A stretch of 64,000 nt of DNA from Candidatus Iainarchaeum sp. (GTDB lineage Archaea > Iainarchaeota > Iainarchaeia > Iainarchaeales > DTGL01), in the NCBI GenBank assembly GCA_026413945.1, contig JAOAJX010000001.1, positions 32,001-96,000 of the forward strand. The letters run 5' to 3'. Below the pieces are notes generated by a model. It was given only the letters and a program-made list of their open reading frames with translations, was not told the DNA's origin and made no database searches. Shown in pieces: positions 1 to 10,216 of this stretch. A program made the position numbers and the translations under genes. The number at the start of each line of letters is the position of its first letter. The first letter of the stretch is position 1.

Positions 1-71
1 GGCCGGTAGTGTAGTGGTAACACGCGTCCTTGGCATGGACGAAACCCTGGGTTCAAATCCCAGCCGGTCCA
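1..71 (+). tRNA. tRNA-Ala(GGC); first 5' base probably cut off by the window edge
   Basis: Cloverleaf: anticodon stem CGTCC/GGACG around loop TTGGCAT, T-loop GGTTCAAATCC, acceptor (G)GGCCGG/CCGGTCC with a G3:U70 pair. Confidence 0.93.
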
Positions 72-272
72 CTCCGCATTTTATTTAAAAAAGAAAAGGC
101 AAATACCAAAAGAAATTTAGTCAATAAATTTAGGGCTTATAGATTATTTTGCATGTCGCTGACGGTTGCTATGGCCTTTCGACCCTAGTTACAGAAGCAA
201 TATGAAATAGTTGGTGGTTCTTGCTGGGGGAAAGTTTTTATATTTGATATGTGTAATATAGATTTGATTTGA

Positions 273-2360
273 ATGCCTGAGACAGATGAAAAAAGGCGAG
301 CAATTATACTTGATTCTGTAAAAAAGTTAATTAGTCTCGACTTATCAGACGATGAAATAATAAAAAACCTAAGAGATGTGGGTATAAACGAAAAAGAGGC
401 AAAAGAACTCATAGCACAAGCGAAAGCTGAAGGTACTGAAACAAAAGCAAAAGTGCCTTCTGAAAACAGAGCTGGAAGGGATTTTCCGAGCGGCTTTGAG
501 GGTAAAGCGGTTGAATTATGGCAAAATGCAGTAATAAACATGGTTAATAAGAAAATTGATGAAAAAACAGCGGCTCAATTTGAAGCTGAGAAAAACAAGT
601 TTATTGCACTAATTGACTCAAAGATAGTGTTTACAACCCAAAAAGTGATGAGTGACATAGAGCAAAGGCAAAAAGAGATGGAAGAGATATTAACTGCTAA
701 AATTAACGAGATTAAAACAATTGCTGAAAAGCACAACCAAGTAGTCGAGGAATTAAAAGAAGCAATTGCAGATAAAGATAAGTTTTTAGAAGACTTAAAT
801 GAAGCAAAAAAGAATGTTGACAAAGCGAAGGAAGAAGCTGAAATGCTAAAAGAATCCATTGAAAAAGACGTTAAAGAGCGCATAGCAGAGATGATGAAAG
901 AAATTGATGAAAAAAGCGAAAAGATGGCGAGGGAGCTATCATCAGTTACGTTAAATAAAGTAAATAAACTTGAGGGCGACCTCGCAAGTATGAGATATAG
1001 CATAAAGAAAGTCAGTGAAGATGCTAGGGCAGAACTCGAGAATGCTGCAACGGATATAAAAGCAAGGATTACAAAGGATATAAACCAGCTGATGGAGAAA
1101 AAGGTTGGTGAAGCCGGACAGGAAATAAATGTAATAAAGCAGACACTTGTAACAGAAGTAGAAGATGCTTTAGCGAAGTCGAGAATGGATACTAAGCAAT
1201 TCTTGAGAAAAGCGCAACAAGAGGTAAGCCGTCTAGATACTCGTGTTGTTAAAACACTTGAGCTTGAATCTGAAGTTATAGAGGACCTTCTCAAAGAAGC
1301 TGCAAACCACATAGAAAGCATGAAAATATCTACAAGAGACGAACTTGTAGCCGAAATAAACAAGCATCTTGAGGAGCTTGAGGCGCTTAAGAGAGACATA
1401 AATCCGGAGGCAATAAAGGCAAAGATGACTGAATTAGAGCAGATGAGAAAGCAAATACCAAAAGACATTGAGCAAATCGCTAAAGATAAGCTGGGTTCAC
1501 TCGAAAAGGAATACACTGCAAGAATAAGCGCTAAAATTTCAGAGATAGAATCAAAGATGGCTGAAACAGAGGACGTAGTTGAAGAGATTGTGCATTCTGC
1601 AGATCTTAAAGCAAAGGAGCTTGAAAAGCTTGATGAAGTGTTAAATACTAAAACTATTTCGCACATAAACCAAATGGAAAAAGATTACAAAAGCAGGATG
1701 AATGAGCTTACAAAGGATATTGAGGCAGCAAAAAAGAATTATTCGAAACTCATAGAAGATACAAGTAAACTAAAGGAAGAGCTTGCAGCTGCAAAGGTAG
1801 AACTAGAAAATGAGGCAAAATCGAATAAAGAGTTCTTGCTTGCAGCAATTGATAAGATAAGGGCTGAAGAAAAAGCAAGAGTCGAAGAGTTCATAAATGG
1901 CATAGAAAGCGGAATAATCAAAAGATGTGAGAGAGTCCTTAAAGGGTTTGAAGGATACACAACTATGGATCTAAATAGGTTGAAGCAAACCATAGTTAGA
2001 GAGTCATTAAAAGAGATGCAAAAGGAGCTTGAAGACAAAAAAGAGGAATTTGAAAAAGAGATGAAAGATTTGCAGCAAAAAATAAGCAAAGAGGCAGCAA
2101 GCCTAGATCTTGAGAAAGTAAAGAGTGAAGTTGAGGCAGTAACTGTTTTTAGGGAGCAGTTTGTTAAAGTGCTTGATGGGCATATTGAAAAGTTCAATGA
2201 GAAAATACAAAAATTCAACGAAACTGTAAACCAGATGGATGCGCAATATAAGGAAAGAGTAAAGTTGATTGATGAAAAAATAGAAGAGCTGAATAAATTT
2301 GAGAAGAACTTTGCAAAAATTATTGGTTTAAGCTTAGATACTCTTGTTGAGAAAAAATAG
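273..2360 (+). CDS. Long coiled-coil hypothetical protein with a small N-terminal helical domain
   Basis: 695 aa, E/K/L-rich heptad pattern throughout, no Walker A motif. Confidence 0.75.
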   Translation: MPETDEKRRAIILDSVKKLISLDLSDDEIIKNLRDVGINEKEAKELIAQAKAEGTETKAKVPSENRAGRDFPSGFEGKAVELWQNAVINMVNKKIDEKTAAQFEAEKNKFIALIDSKIVFTTQKVMSDIEQRQKEMEEILTAKINEIKTIAEKHNQVVEELKEAIADKDKFLEDLNEAKKNVDKAKEEAEMLKESIEKDVKERIAEMMKEIDEKSEKMARELSSVTLNKVNKLEGDLASMRYSIKKVSEDARAELENAATDIKARITKDINQLMEKKVGEAGQEINVIKQTLVTEVEDALAKSRMDTKQFLRKAQQEVSRLDTRVVKTLELESEVIEDLLKEAANHIESMKISTRDELVAEINKHLEELEALKRDINPEAIKAKMTELEQMRKQIPKDIEQIAKDKLGSLEKEYTARISAKISEIESKMAETEDVVEEIVHSADLKAKELEKLDEVLNTKTISHINQMEKDYKSRMNELTKDIEAAKKNYSKLIEDTSKLKEELAAAKVELENEAKSNKEFLLAAIDKIRAEEKARVEEFINGIESGIIKRCERVLKGFEGYTTMDLNRLKQTIVRESLKEMQKELEDKKEEFEKEMKDLQQKISKEAASLDLEKVKSEVEAVTVFREQFVKVLDGHIEKFNEKIQKFNETVNQMDAQYKERVKLIDEKIEELNKFEKNFAKIIGLSLDTLVEKK

Positions 2361-2433
2361 TGGGCCTGGGCAGAATTGAACTGCCGACCTCCTCCGTGTC
2401 AGGGAGGTGTCATAGCCACTAGACCACAGGCCC
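2361..2433 (-). tRNA. tRNA-Val(GAC)
   Basis: Reverse complement GGGCCTGTGGTCTAGTGG...CCTCC CTGACAC GGAGG...GTTCAATTC...CAGGCCCA. Confidence 0.95.
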
Positions 2434-2485
2434 TTAAAATGATTTTGATGCACAACTAATTAAAAACTTGTCACAGTTAGAAAAA

Positions 2486-3481
2486 CTAATTCTTCAATAT
2501 ACTTAGTTTCTTGCAAGTATCGCATATTTCTTTAGTGCTTGGCTCACCACATTTTTTGCATTTGTTTAGCTCAATTCCTGATAAGATTTTCAATGAGATG
2601 AACTTTACTCTTAATTGAATATAGAAATTCCAAAGGGAATATTTTGTGCCGGGATAATGTTCTTCAAGTTCGTTCAGTATCTTCCTGTAAATGTTCCTCT
2701 TAGCTTTTGCTCTGAAAGGGCAGCAGCTTCCGGAGTAGTGTTCTATACCAACGTAGTTAGCATAGAGAAAAATCTCAGCTTCTGGTATCTCGCAGAGGGG
2801 TTTTACTCTTTGTACCAAATCAGGTATCTGCTTCACACCTGCTAGTGGGCCTGAGCGAAAAAATCTAGCAATATCATTGTCGCATGCATTCATTAGTATG
2901 CTTTGCAACTCATCATCGAGATTGTGCCCAGTAATAAGCTTGTCTGCACTGAGTTTTTTTGCATATCTGTTCATTAAAGTCCTTCGCATCGTTCCACAGA
3001 AAGAGCACATAGATCCGAAGTTTTTTTTGGTTTTACTTATTTTCTTGCTGATATGGCTCATCCCAATACCAAATTCGGTTTTAAAACTAACATGCTTATA
3101 TGGAATACGCCACTTTTTGCAGTTTTTCATGGCTATTTTTAATGCCTTATCTCTGTAACCTGAAATGCCTTCGTCTATTAAAAGAGCTGTTATCTTGTTT
3201 TGTTTGCCAAAGTATTTTTTGGTGAGGTAAAGTGCTGTGAGAGAGTCCTTTCCCCCGCTGACAGCAACCAAAAGATGCTCACCTTTTCTTATTAGAGAAT
3301 ATTTTCTTATGGTTTTTCTAAACCTTTTCTCGATGAGTTGTATGAAGTGCTTATCACAAAACTTTTGCGGCCCATAAGGGAGATAAACAGAGGCAGGCTT
3401 ATTGCATTTAATGCATTTATCGCCTTTTTTTAAACCACATTTGAGATTTTTTGCCATTATGAAAGGCATCTCACAGCCCAT
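2486..3481 (-). CDS. ttuA: tRNA 2-thiolation protein, TtuA/Ncs6 family (PP-loop)
   Basis: SGGKDS PP-loop, CSFC, GHNLDD, N- and C-terminal Zn-finger CxxC pairs. Confidence 0.88.
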   Translation of the reverse strand: MGCEMPFIMAKNLKCGLKKGDKCIKCNKPASVYLPYGPQKFCDKHFIQLIEKRFRKTIRKYSLIRKGEHLLVAVSGGKDSLTALYLTKKYFGKQNKITALLIDEGISGYRDKALKIAMKNCKKWRIPYKHVSFKTEFGIGMSHISKKISKTKKNFGSMCSFCGTMRRTLMNRYAKKLSADKLITGHNLDDELQSILMNACDNDIARFFRSGPLAGVKQIPDLVQRVKPLCEIPEAEIFLYANYVGIEHYSGSCCPFRAKAKRNIYRKILNELEEHYPGTKYSLWNFYIQLRVKFISLKILSGIELNKCKKCGEPSTKEICDTCKKLSILKN

Positions 3482-3556
3482 ACCAAAACCTTTAAATTAA
3501 TTCCTCAGGAGAAATAATTAAATTAAGAATCTCGTTTTTGTTTTCTGGTGATTTGT

Positions 3557-4111
3557 TTGAGTGCAAGAAAGCAAATAGCAGATACAATTAGGAAAGAGCA
3601 CAAGGAAGAAAGGGGTCTTTATAATTATAAAGCGATTAAAAAGAGCAAGATATTAGAATATAGAAAAACAGAAGAATCTGTAAAAAGATTAGATAAGCCA
3701 TCAAACTTACCCAGGGCAAAAAGCTTAGGTTATAAAGCAAAAAAGGGTTTTTTGGTTGTAAGAGTTAGGGTGAGGCGTGGTGGCGGTGCTCATAAAAGAC
3801 CTCGCTCTGGCAGAAGGCCTAAGCGTATGGGTGTTAACAAGCTGACGAGAAATATAAGCAAACAGCGCATTGCTGAGCTGCGTGCAAGCAGCAAGTTCCC
3901 AAATTGTGAGGTTCTTAACTCTTATTATGTAGGCGAAGATGGGAAGCATAAATATTATGAGGTAATTCTGGTAGATAGAAATGCACCAGAAATTAAAGCT
4001 GACAAAGACATTTGCTGGATATGTTGCCAAAAAAACCGCGGAAGGGCTGAAAGAGGCCTTACGAGCAAAGCTAAAAAAGAGAGACGCGGCAAAAGAAAGA
4101 AAGGCAAATGA
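3557..4111 (+). CDS. rpl15e: 50S ribosomal protein L15e
   Basis: RAKSLGYKAKKG, RVRVRRGG, LNSYYVGEDGKHKYYEVILVD; TTG start after GGTGA. Confidence 0.95.
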   Translation: MSARKQIADTIRKEHKEERGLYNYKAIKKSKILEYRKTEESVKRLDKPSNLPRAKSLGYKAKKGFLVVRVRVRRGGGAHKRPRSGRRPKRMGVNKLTRNISKQRIAELRASSKFPNCEVLNSYYVGEDGKHKYYEVILVDRNAPEIKADKDICWICCQKNRGRAERGLTSKAKKERRGKRKKGK

Positions 4112-4167
4112 GGCGCCAAAAAGCAAATGCACTTTAAGAAAAAGTTTTTTTAAGAGCTGGTGCAAAA

Positions 4168-5256
4168 ATGTTTGTTAAATTTGGAAAAACTAAAAAATGG
4201 TTTACTGCGAGCTGGCTTAAAAATTCAGATGTGAAGATGATTGACCAAAGGCTTCTCCCATTCGAATTTAAAGTGATAACACTTAAAAACCATAAAGAAA
4301 CTGCTTTCGCTATCAAGGACATGGCTATTAGGGGAGCTGGTTCTATAGGTGCAGCAGCGGCATTTGCTTGTGCACAAGCAGTGCTTGAATGCAAAAATGA
4401 GAGGGGCTGGGAGGAAAAAGTTTCGGCTTCTTTTGAGACAATTGCAAAAACAAGGCCTACAGCAAGAGATCTTTTTTATGCTATTGAGCGCTTAAGAAAA
4501 AAGATTTTTGGAAAAAATCTGCAAGAAGCCAAAGTTTTAGCAATCAAAGAAGCAATAATGATTGGAAAAGAATATGAGCAAAATGGAAAATTAATAGGGC
4601 GACATGGTCTAAAATTAATAAAAGAGGGCTCCAGAATTTTAACGCATTGCAATGCTGGTTGGTTAGCACTTCACGATTGGGGCTCTGCACTTGCACCACT
4701 TTATTTTGCCAAGCGCGAGGGTAGAAAATTTTTTGTTTTTGTGGATGAAACAAGGCCAAGGCTTCAGGGCGCCAAGCTAACATCTTGGGAGCTCCTAAAT
4801 GAAGGGATCAAGCATAAAATAATAGTAGACAATGCTGCTGGCTTTTTCATGCAACAAGGCAAAATTGACCTTTGCATAGTAGGGGCTGACAGAATTGCAG
4901 CAAATGGTGATTTTGCTAATAAAATTGGCACATATGAAAAGGCGATTGCTGCAAAAGAAAATGGAATACCTTTCTATGTTGCAGCACCTAAGAGCACATT
5001 TGACCTTGAATGTAAAAATGGAAGAAAGATTGAGATAGAGGAAAGAGCTGATGAAGAAGTACTTTTTGTGAATGGATTTGATAGCACACACAGGAAAATA
5101 AGGGTTGCCCCTTTTGAAGCTAAAGCCACTAATCCGGCTTTTGATATTACTCCGGCAAAGTACTTGAGTGGCATAATAACGGAAAGAGGCATAATTAAGC
5201 CGAAGAAAAGCTACATAAAAAAGGTGTTGATGGTTGAAAACAGATCTTGTGCCTAG
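4168..5256 (+). CDS. mtnA: S-methyl-5-thioribose-1-phosphate isomerase (eIF-2B alpha/beta/delta family)
   Basis: IDQRLLP, MAIRGA, TRPTA, LTHCNAG, ETRPRLQG, GADRI, NKIGTY, NPAFDITP. Confidence 0.88.
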   Translation: MFVKFGKTKKWFTASWLKNSDVKMIDQRLLPFEFKVITLKNHKETAFAIKDMAIRGAGSIGAAAAFACAQAVLECKNERGWEEKVSASFETIAKTRPTARDLFYAIERLRKKIFGKNLQEAKVLAIKEAIMIGKEYEQNGKLIGRHGLKLIKEGSRILTHCNAGWLALHDWGSALAPLYFAKREGRKFFVFVDETRPRLQGAKLTSWELLNEGIKHKIIVDNAAGFFMQQGKIDLCIVGADRIAANGDFANKIGTYEKAIAAKENGIPFYVAAPKSTFDLECKNGRKIEIEERADEEVLFVNGFDSTHRKIRVAPFEAKATNPAFDITPAKYLSGIITERGIIKPKKSYIKKVLMVENRSCA

Positions 5257-5767
5257 CGAGGAAGAGTGCCTTAAATTGCTAAAATTGCAAAATGTACCTG
5301 AAAACATAATAAGGCACTCAATTAAGGTTAAGGAGCTTGCCATTGAAATATGTAATTCGTTAAAGGACCGTGGCATAAAAATCAACGAAAAGCTTGTCGT
5401 TGCTGGGGCGCTATTACATGACTTAGATAAAGCAGAGACTTTAGATTCTGAAAAAAAAGGCCATGGAAAAGTTGCCGCGGAAGAGCTTGAGAAGCTTGGT
5501 ATGAAAAGTGTTTCTGAAATTGTAAGAAAACATCTCTTGGAGAATATTCTTTACGGCGAGTTAAAGACAATTGAAGAGAAAATAATATTTTATGCGGACA
5601 AAAGGGTTCAGGATGATAAATTAGTAAGTTTAGATGAGAGATTTAAATACTTTAAAGAAAGATATGGTTTAAAAGACAGTTCAATTATGAAAATTATATG
5701 CGAAAGCTATCCCAAGGTTGTTGAACTCGAAAAGGAGTTGATTGGTTGGAGAAAAAGCTCAAGCTAG
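5234..5767 (+). CDS. HD/HDIG-domain metal-dependent phosphohydrolase
   Basis: HS...ALLHDLDK...GHG...RKH...YADKR. Confidence 0.85.
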   Translation: MKTDLVPSEEECLKLLKLQNVPENIIRHSIKVKELAIEICNSLKDRGIKINEKLVVAGALLHDLDKAETLDSEKKGHGKVAAEELEKLGMKSVSEIVRKHLLENILYGELKTIEEKIIFYADKRVQDDKLVSLDERFKYFKERYGLKDSSIMKIICESYPKVVELEKELIGWRKSSS

Positions 5768-6276
5768 TGCTTGTTCTTTTAATTTTGCTTTGTGCATTGG
5801 TAGCTGGAGGTATACTTAGCGAAATTTTTGGCAACCAATACTTAATCTTTCATATGGCAGTGTGCATTATAGCATTTTTTACAACTCTTCTTTTACTTAA
5901 AAGGGAAGTTGGCAATGACTTTTCGAGGTACGCAATATACTTTGTGCTTATGCTTGCACTGATTATTTACGCTTTGTTTGCAGTTCTTTCATTAAAGGAA
6001 AATCTAATGGATTTCAGACCGGTGCTTCTAGTGATAATGAGTCTTATAGCTGTAAATCTTATTTTCAGATCCTTTTTTGCGAAGAGCTTTGTTGAGGGAA
6101 AAGTGCTTCTCTGCGATGGCGAATTTGCCGCAGTTGAAGTGCCATTTGATCTTTTTGCGGCCGTAAACCCTGGAAAATATGTGGTGAAATGCGAAAAGAA
6201 TTTCAGAAAAGGAGATGTTGTAAAGGTAAAGATAAGAAAAGGTTTTTTCATAAGAATTCCTGAAAAGGTAATCTGA
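5746..6276 (+). CDS. Membrane protein, DUF2101-like
   Basis: Four TM helices, then a C-terminal beta domain VEVPFDLFAAVNPGKYVV. Confidence 0.6.
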   Translation: MEKKLKLVLVLLILLCALVAGGILSEIFGNQYLIFHMAVCIIAFFTTLLLLKREVGNDFSRYAIYFVLMLALIIYALFAVLSLKENLMDFRPVLLVIMSLIAVNLIFRSFFAKSFVEGKVLLCDGEFAAVEVPFDLFAAVNPGKYVVKCEKNFRKGDVVKVKIRKGFFIRIPEKVI

Positions 6277-6319
6277 GAAGCGATATAATAAAATATTTTT
6301 GTTTTAAGAATAATATTTA

Positions 6320-6682
6320 ATGCTGCTAAGGGAATGCTTATTGAGAAGGATTGCGCTTTTATGCGCTGCTGTCGGCATTATTCTGCTATTTGTGTATTCT
6401 AGTATTGACTCTCCAAAGAGGACAAAAATATCTGAAGTAAAGATAAGTAGCATCGGGGATAAAGTGGAGATAGATGCTATTGTATCTTCAAGCAAGGTTT
6501 CAGGAAATGTCCTAATCTTCGAGCTTGATGATGGAGACAAAATAACTAGTGTTTTTTTCAATCCTAGGATTGAACAAAAAATTATTTTGAGAAAAGGCAA
6601 CTTCGTACGAGTATCTGGAAGAATAGCTGAATATAGGGGCAATCTAGAAATAGTCGCTGAAAAGGTGTTGCTCATTGATTGA
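6320..6682 (+). CDS. Membrane-anchored OB-fold protein
   Basis: N-terminal TM helix; OB-fold end VRVSGRIAEYRGNLEIVAEKV. Confidence 0.7.
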   Translation: MLLRECLLRRIALLCAAVGIILLFVYSSIDSPKRTKISEVKISSIGDKVEIDAIVSSSKVSGNVLIFELDDGDKITSVFFNPRIEQKIILRKGNFVRVSGRIAEYRGNLEIVAEKVLLID

Positions 6683-7856
6683 GCTTCTCTTTTGGATTCT
6701 TGCAGGTTGTTGCTGTGGCATCATAACAGGTACATTGCCAGGCCTTCATGTAAATACACTAGCATTTTTACTCATGCTTGTTTTTGCAGACATGCCAATA
6801 GGTATTGCTGCATTTATTATTGCAATGGCTGTTACACATAGTTTTTATGATTTTATCCCAAGCATAGTCCTTGGGGTTCCGGATGAAGATAACTATTTAG
6901 CTATTCTGCCAGGTCACAGGTATTTTATCAAAGGACTAGCTTATAAAGCAATAATGCTTACAGCTCTCGGTGGTTTATTTGGAACAATTATTCTTTTGAT
7001 ATTTATGCCCTTGTTTGTTGGCTTTTTGTTATATGCAAAAGAATATTTGCCATTTTTAATACCGTGGATACTTATTTTTGTACTAATTTTGGTTGTTCTG
7101 GCATCAAAACAAAGGGCAAAAACTGCTTTTGTAATGGGAATGTCTGCACTTCTTGGAATAGCCGTTCTTACTAATATGTCAATGAAAAATGGTGTAATGG
7201 CAATTGTTTTGGGCTTTTTTTCTATGAGTATCCTTTTGCTTTCAATATTAAATAGGGTAGATTTTAAAAAACAAAAACTTAGGATGGGAAAAGTGGTTAC
7301 TAAAAACGTCTTGAAAGGCTCTTTACTTGCAGTGCTTGGCTCAGCCATTGTTTCAGTGTTGCCGAGCATGGGGCCTAACCACGCAGCATTTATATTGAGA
7401 AAAATTTTTGGTAAAATTAAGACAGAAGCATACATGGTTATGATCGGCGGCATAAATACATGTAACCTTCTATTTTCTCTTTTTGTTCTGCAGATGCTCG
7501 GTAAGACAAGGACTGGTGTTGCCATTGCGTTAAGATCATTTGTAGAGAACAATCAGAACACATTCATTCTTTTTGCAGGGATTGGTTTGGTTTCGGCATC
7601 CTTTTCAGTTATAAGTATAATTTTTTTCGCAAAAGTCATAATAAATAATTTAATAAATGTATCTTACAGAAGGTTAAATGCAGTGACATTTATTGGAATA
7701 TGTTCTTTTATACTTTTATTTGGGGGATTTTTGGAACTTATTGTTTCGCTTGTTGCTTGTGCACTAGGTATTTATGCGTCTACATCGAAGGTTGCAAGAA
7801 GTAGTTGCATGGCTTTTTTAATTATACCCACTATTATGATTTATTTGGGCCTTTAA
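6675..7856 (+). CDS. TctA-like (DUF112) membrane protein
   Basis: GIITGTLPGLHVN, FIPSIVLGVPD, LPGHR; many TM helices. Confidence 0.8.
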   Translation: MIELLFWILAGCCCGIITGTLPGLHVNTLAFLLMLVFADMPIGIAAFIIAMAVTHSFYDFIPSIVLGVPDEDNYLAILPGHRYFIKGLAYKAIMLTALGGLFGTIILLIFMPLFVGFLLYAKEYLPFLIPWILIFVLILVVLASKQRAKTAFVMGMSALLGIAVLTNMSMKNGVMAIVLGFFSMSILLLSILNRVDFKKQKLRMGKVVTKNVLKGSLLAVLGSAIVSVLPSMGPNHAAFILRKIFGKIKTEAYMVMIGGINTCNLLFSLFVLQMLGKTRTGVAIALRSFVENNQNTFILFAGIGLVSASFSVISIIFFAKVIINNLINVSYRRLNAVTFIGICSFILLFGGFLELIVSLVACALGIYASTSKVARSSCMAFLIIPTIMIYLGL

Positions 7857-8221
7857 TGCTGAAAATAAAGAGGAGTTTGTTAGAATGTATTTCTGAAGCA
7901 GCAAAAAATACATACCCAAGAGAATTCTTTGCTTTGCTCGGAAGGTCAAAAAATGAGGTAATAGATGAGCTGATAGTTGTGCCTTCAGTGTACGGAAAAA
8001 CACATGTTTTGGTAAAGTCGCATCTAATCCCAATAGATTCAAAGATAGCTGGTTCAGTGCATTCGCATCCAGCCAACTCTTCAAAACCAAGTGCTGAAGA
8101 TATAGGTTCTTTTCCAATTTTTGGTGAAGTACATTTAATTATATCGTGGCCTTTTAGTATTGAAAATATAAAAGCATATGATGTTTTTGGTAAGGAGATT
8201 CATTGGGTGGTAGTTGAATGA
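7856..8221 (+). CDS. JAB1/MPN/Mov34 (JAMM) metalloprotease
   Basis: YPREF...GSVHSHP..SKPSAED JAMM motif; ATG overlaps the upstream stop (TAATG). Confidence 0.88.
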   Translation: MLKIKRSLLECISEAAKNTYPREFFALLGRSKNEVIDELIVVPSVYGKTHVLVKSHLIPIDSKIAGSVHSHPANSSKPSAEDIGSFPIFGEVHLIISWPFSIENIKAYDVFGKEIHWVVVE

Positions 8222-9744
8222 GAAGGATAATAATGGTAATAAGAGATGGTTGGGGACATAATCCTAAAAAAGAGGGAAATGCAATAGCACATGCAAAAAC
8301 ACCAAATACGGATTTTTTAATGAAAAATTTTCCAAGCACATTATTGGAGTGCTCTGGTGAGGCAGTTGGGCTTCCGGAAGGATATCAAGGAAATAGCGAA
8401 GTTGGCCATATGACAATAGGTAGCGGCAGAATACTTTTCCAGCCCATGGTGCGCATAGATAAAGCAATATCCTCCGGAGAATTTTTTAGGAATAAAGCAT
8501 TCAAAGCAGCGGCGGACAACTGCAAAAAACATGGCTCAGCAATGCATATATTAGGGCTTTTGCAGTCGGAAGGGGTGCATTCGCACGAGAGGCATTTATT
8601 TGCACTCTTAGAGTTTTGCAAAAGAGAATCACTAAAGAAAGTTTATGTACATGCAATATTGGACGGCCGCGATGCTCCGCCTACAGATGGGATAAAGCAC
8701 ATTAAGCTGCTGAAAGATAGAATAAAGGAGCAAAACATTGGAAGCATAGCGACCATTTCAGGAAGATATTTTGCTATGGATCGAGACAAAAGATGGGAAA
8801 GAACAAAAAAAGCTTATGACTGCATAGTCTTTGCACATGCAGAAGATGAATTCGAAGATCCTGAAAAAAAGCTTTCTGAATGCTATGCTGCTGGCGAAAC
8901 TGACGAGTTTATAAAGCCGAGAAGATATGTTGTTTATGAAGGAGTAAAAGAACATGATAGCATAATATTCTTCAATTTCAGAACTGACAGACCAAGGCAG
9001 CTTACTCAAGCAATAGTAGAAAATGTTTTTGGGGGGTGGCAAAGAAAGCCGCTTAATGTTTGCTTTGTGGCAATGACTCAATATTACAGTCCAATGAACG
9101 CTTTGGTTGCATTTGAAGACCAACCACTTAACAATTTGCTTGGTGAGATCATAAGCAGGGCCAAAATAAAGCAGCTTAGGATATCTGAAACCGAAAAATA
9201 TGCACATGTTACTTTCTTCTTCAATGGCCAAAACGAAAAACCTTTTGATGGTGAAGATAGGATTCTAATAGATTCGCCGAAAGTGGCGACATATGACTTA
9301 AAGCCAGAAATGAGCGCTTATGATGTGACTGAAAGACTCTTAAAAGAGATTGAAAGCAACAAATATGGTTTTATTGTTGTGAATCTTGTAAATGGTGATC
9401 TTGTGGGGCATACAGGTGTCTGGGAAGCTTGCATAAAAGCAGCGGAAGTCGTTGATGAATGCTTAGGAAAGATATGTGAAGCTGGGTTAAAGAACAAATA
9501 TACTATTTTTGTGCTATCAGACCATGGTAACCTCGAGGATAAAAGTGCTGCTTTTAGCACATCGCATACAACAAATAAGGTGCCTTTTATCCTTGTTTCG
9601 GATGAGCCAATACTCAAAAAAGCAAAATTATTAAAAAATAAGGGACTTCAAGATGTTGCACCAACAGTTTTGAAACTCTTAGGACTTCCAAAACCAAAGG
9701 AAATGACTGGTGAGATTTTAATAAAAAATTTCAGAAGTAGGTAA
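8218..9744 (+). CDS. gpmI: 2,3-bisphosphoglycerate-independent phosphoglycerate mutase
   Basis: DGWG, GNSEVGH, LDGRD, GRYFAMDRDKRW, ETEKYAHVTFFFNG, DLVGHTG, SDHGN. Confidence 0.95.
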   Translation: MRRIIMVIRDGWGHNPKKEGNAIAHAKTPNTDFLMKNFPSTLLECSGEAVGLPEGYQGNSEVGHMTIGSGRILFQPMVRIDKAISSGEFFRNKAFKAAADNCKKHGSAMHILGLLQSEGVHSHERHLFALLEFCKRESLKKVYVHAILDGRDAPPTDGIKHIKLLKDRIKEQNIGSIATISGRYFAMDRDKRWERTKKAYDCIVFAHAEDEFEDPEKKLSECYAAGETDEFIKPRRYVVYEGVKEHDSIIFFNFRTDRPRQLTQAIVENVFGGWQRKPLNVCFVAMTQYYSPMNALVAFEDQPLNNLLGEIISRAKIKQLRISETEKYAHVTFFFNGQNEKPFDGEDRILIDSPKVATYDLKPEMSAYDVTERLLKEIESNKYGFIVVNLVNGDLVGHTGVWEACIKAAEVVDECLGKICEAGLKNKYTIFVLSDHGNLEDKSAAFSTSHTTNKVPFILVSDEPILKKAKLLKNKGLQDVAPTVLKLLGLPKPKEMTGEILIKNFRSR

Positions 9745-9778
9745 ATTTAAATACTTCTTTTTTTATTAATCGTATAAT

Positions 9779-10207
9779 ATGTCTTTAAAAACAAAAAACA
9801 AAAACAGAAAAGGACAGCTTACAATAGATCTCCTTTTGGCCTTTCTATATCTCATAGTTTTAGTAGATGCTTTGCTTATTATAAATAACAATTATATTAA
9901 AAACCAAAATGAGGTGCTAATAAGACTCCAGGAGAGAAGGGTTGCATATATTATTGCAGAAATGCTTAACGCTAGTAACATACTTTCGGATGGTTCTACA
10001 GAGATAAAATTTAGTGTCCCTGGTATAAGGCATGTTAACAAAACAATGCCGATGCCATGTAATATTAGCATAGGAAATAATTACATAGAAGTGTCAACAG
10101 ATGTGAACGGGCAAACAATTGCTGAAAGAATTGAAATAATAAAACCTACAAATGTTGCAATAACTGGCAGCAAATGTAATAGTGAATTTACCATAAGATA
10201 TACTTGA
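9779..10207 (+). CDS. Type IV pilin-like protein (class III signal peptide)
   Basis: KNRKG|QLTIDLLLAF then a hydrophobic stretch, D at +5. Confidence 0.75.
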   Translation: MSLKTKNKNRKGQLTIDLLLAFLYLIVLVDALLIINNNYIKNQNEVLIRLQERRVAYIIAEMLNASNILSDGSTEIKFSVPGIRHVNKTMPMPCNISIGNNYIEVSTDVNGQTIAERIEIIKPTNVAITGSKCNSEFTIRYT

Positions 10208-10216
10208 TGAGGTGCA

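Noticed and set aside
72-272. Slightly GC-richer intergenic stretch after tRNA-Ala as a possible ncRNA
   Set aside because: Only short pairings (TTGCT/AGCAA) and no recognisable C/D, H/ACA, SRP or RNase P features.
575-2218. Long antisense ORFs rich in S/F/L (also at 26705-27262 and many others)
   Set aside because: They are antisense shadows of K/E-rich coding strands, with no motifs or RBS.
273-2360. SMC or chemotaxis-receptor call for the coiled-coil protein
   Set aside because: No Walker motifs, hinge, TM segments or MCP signalling hairpin.
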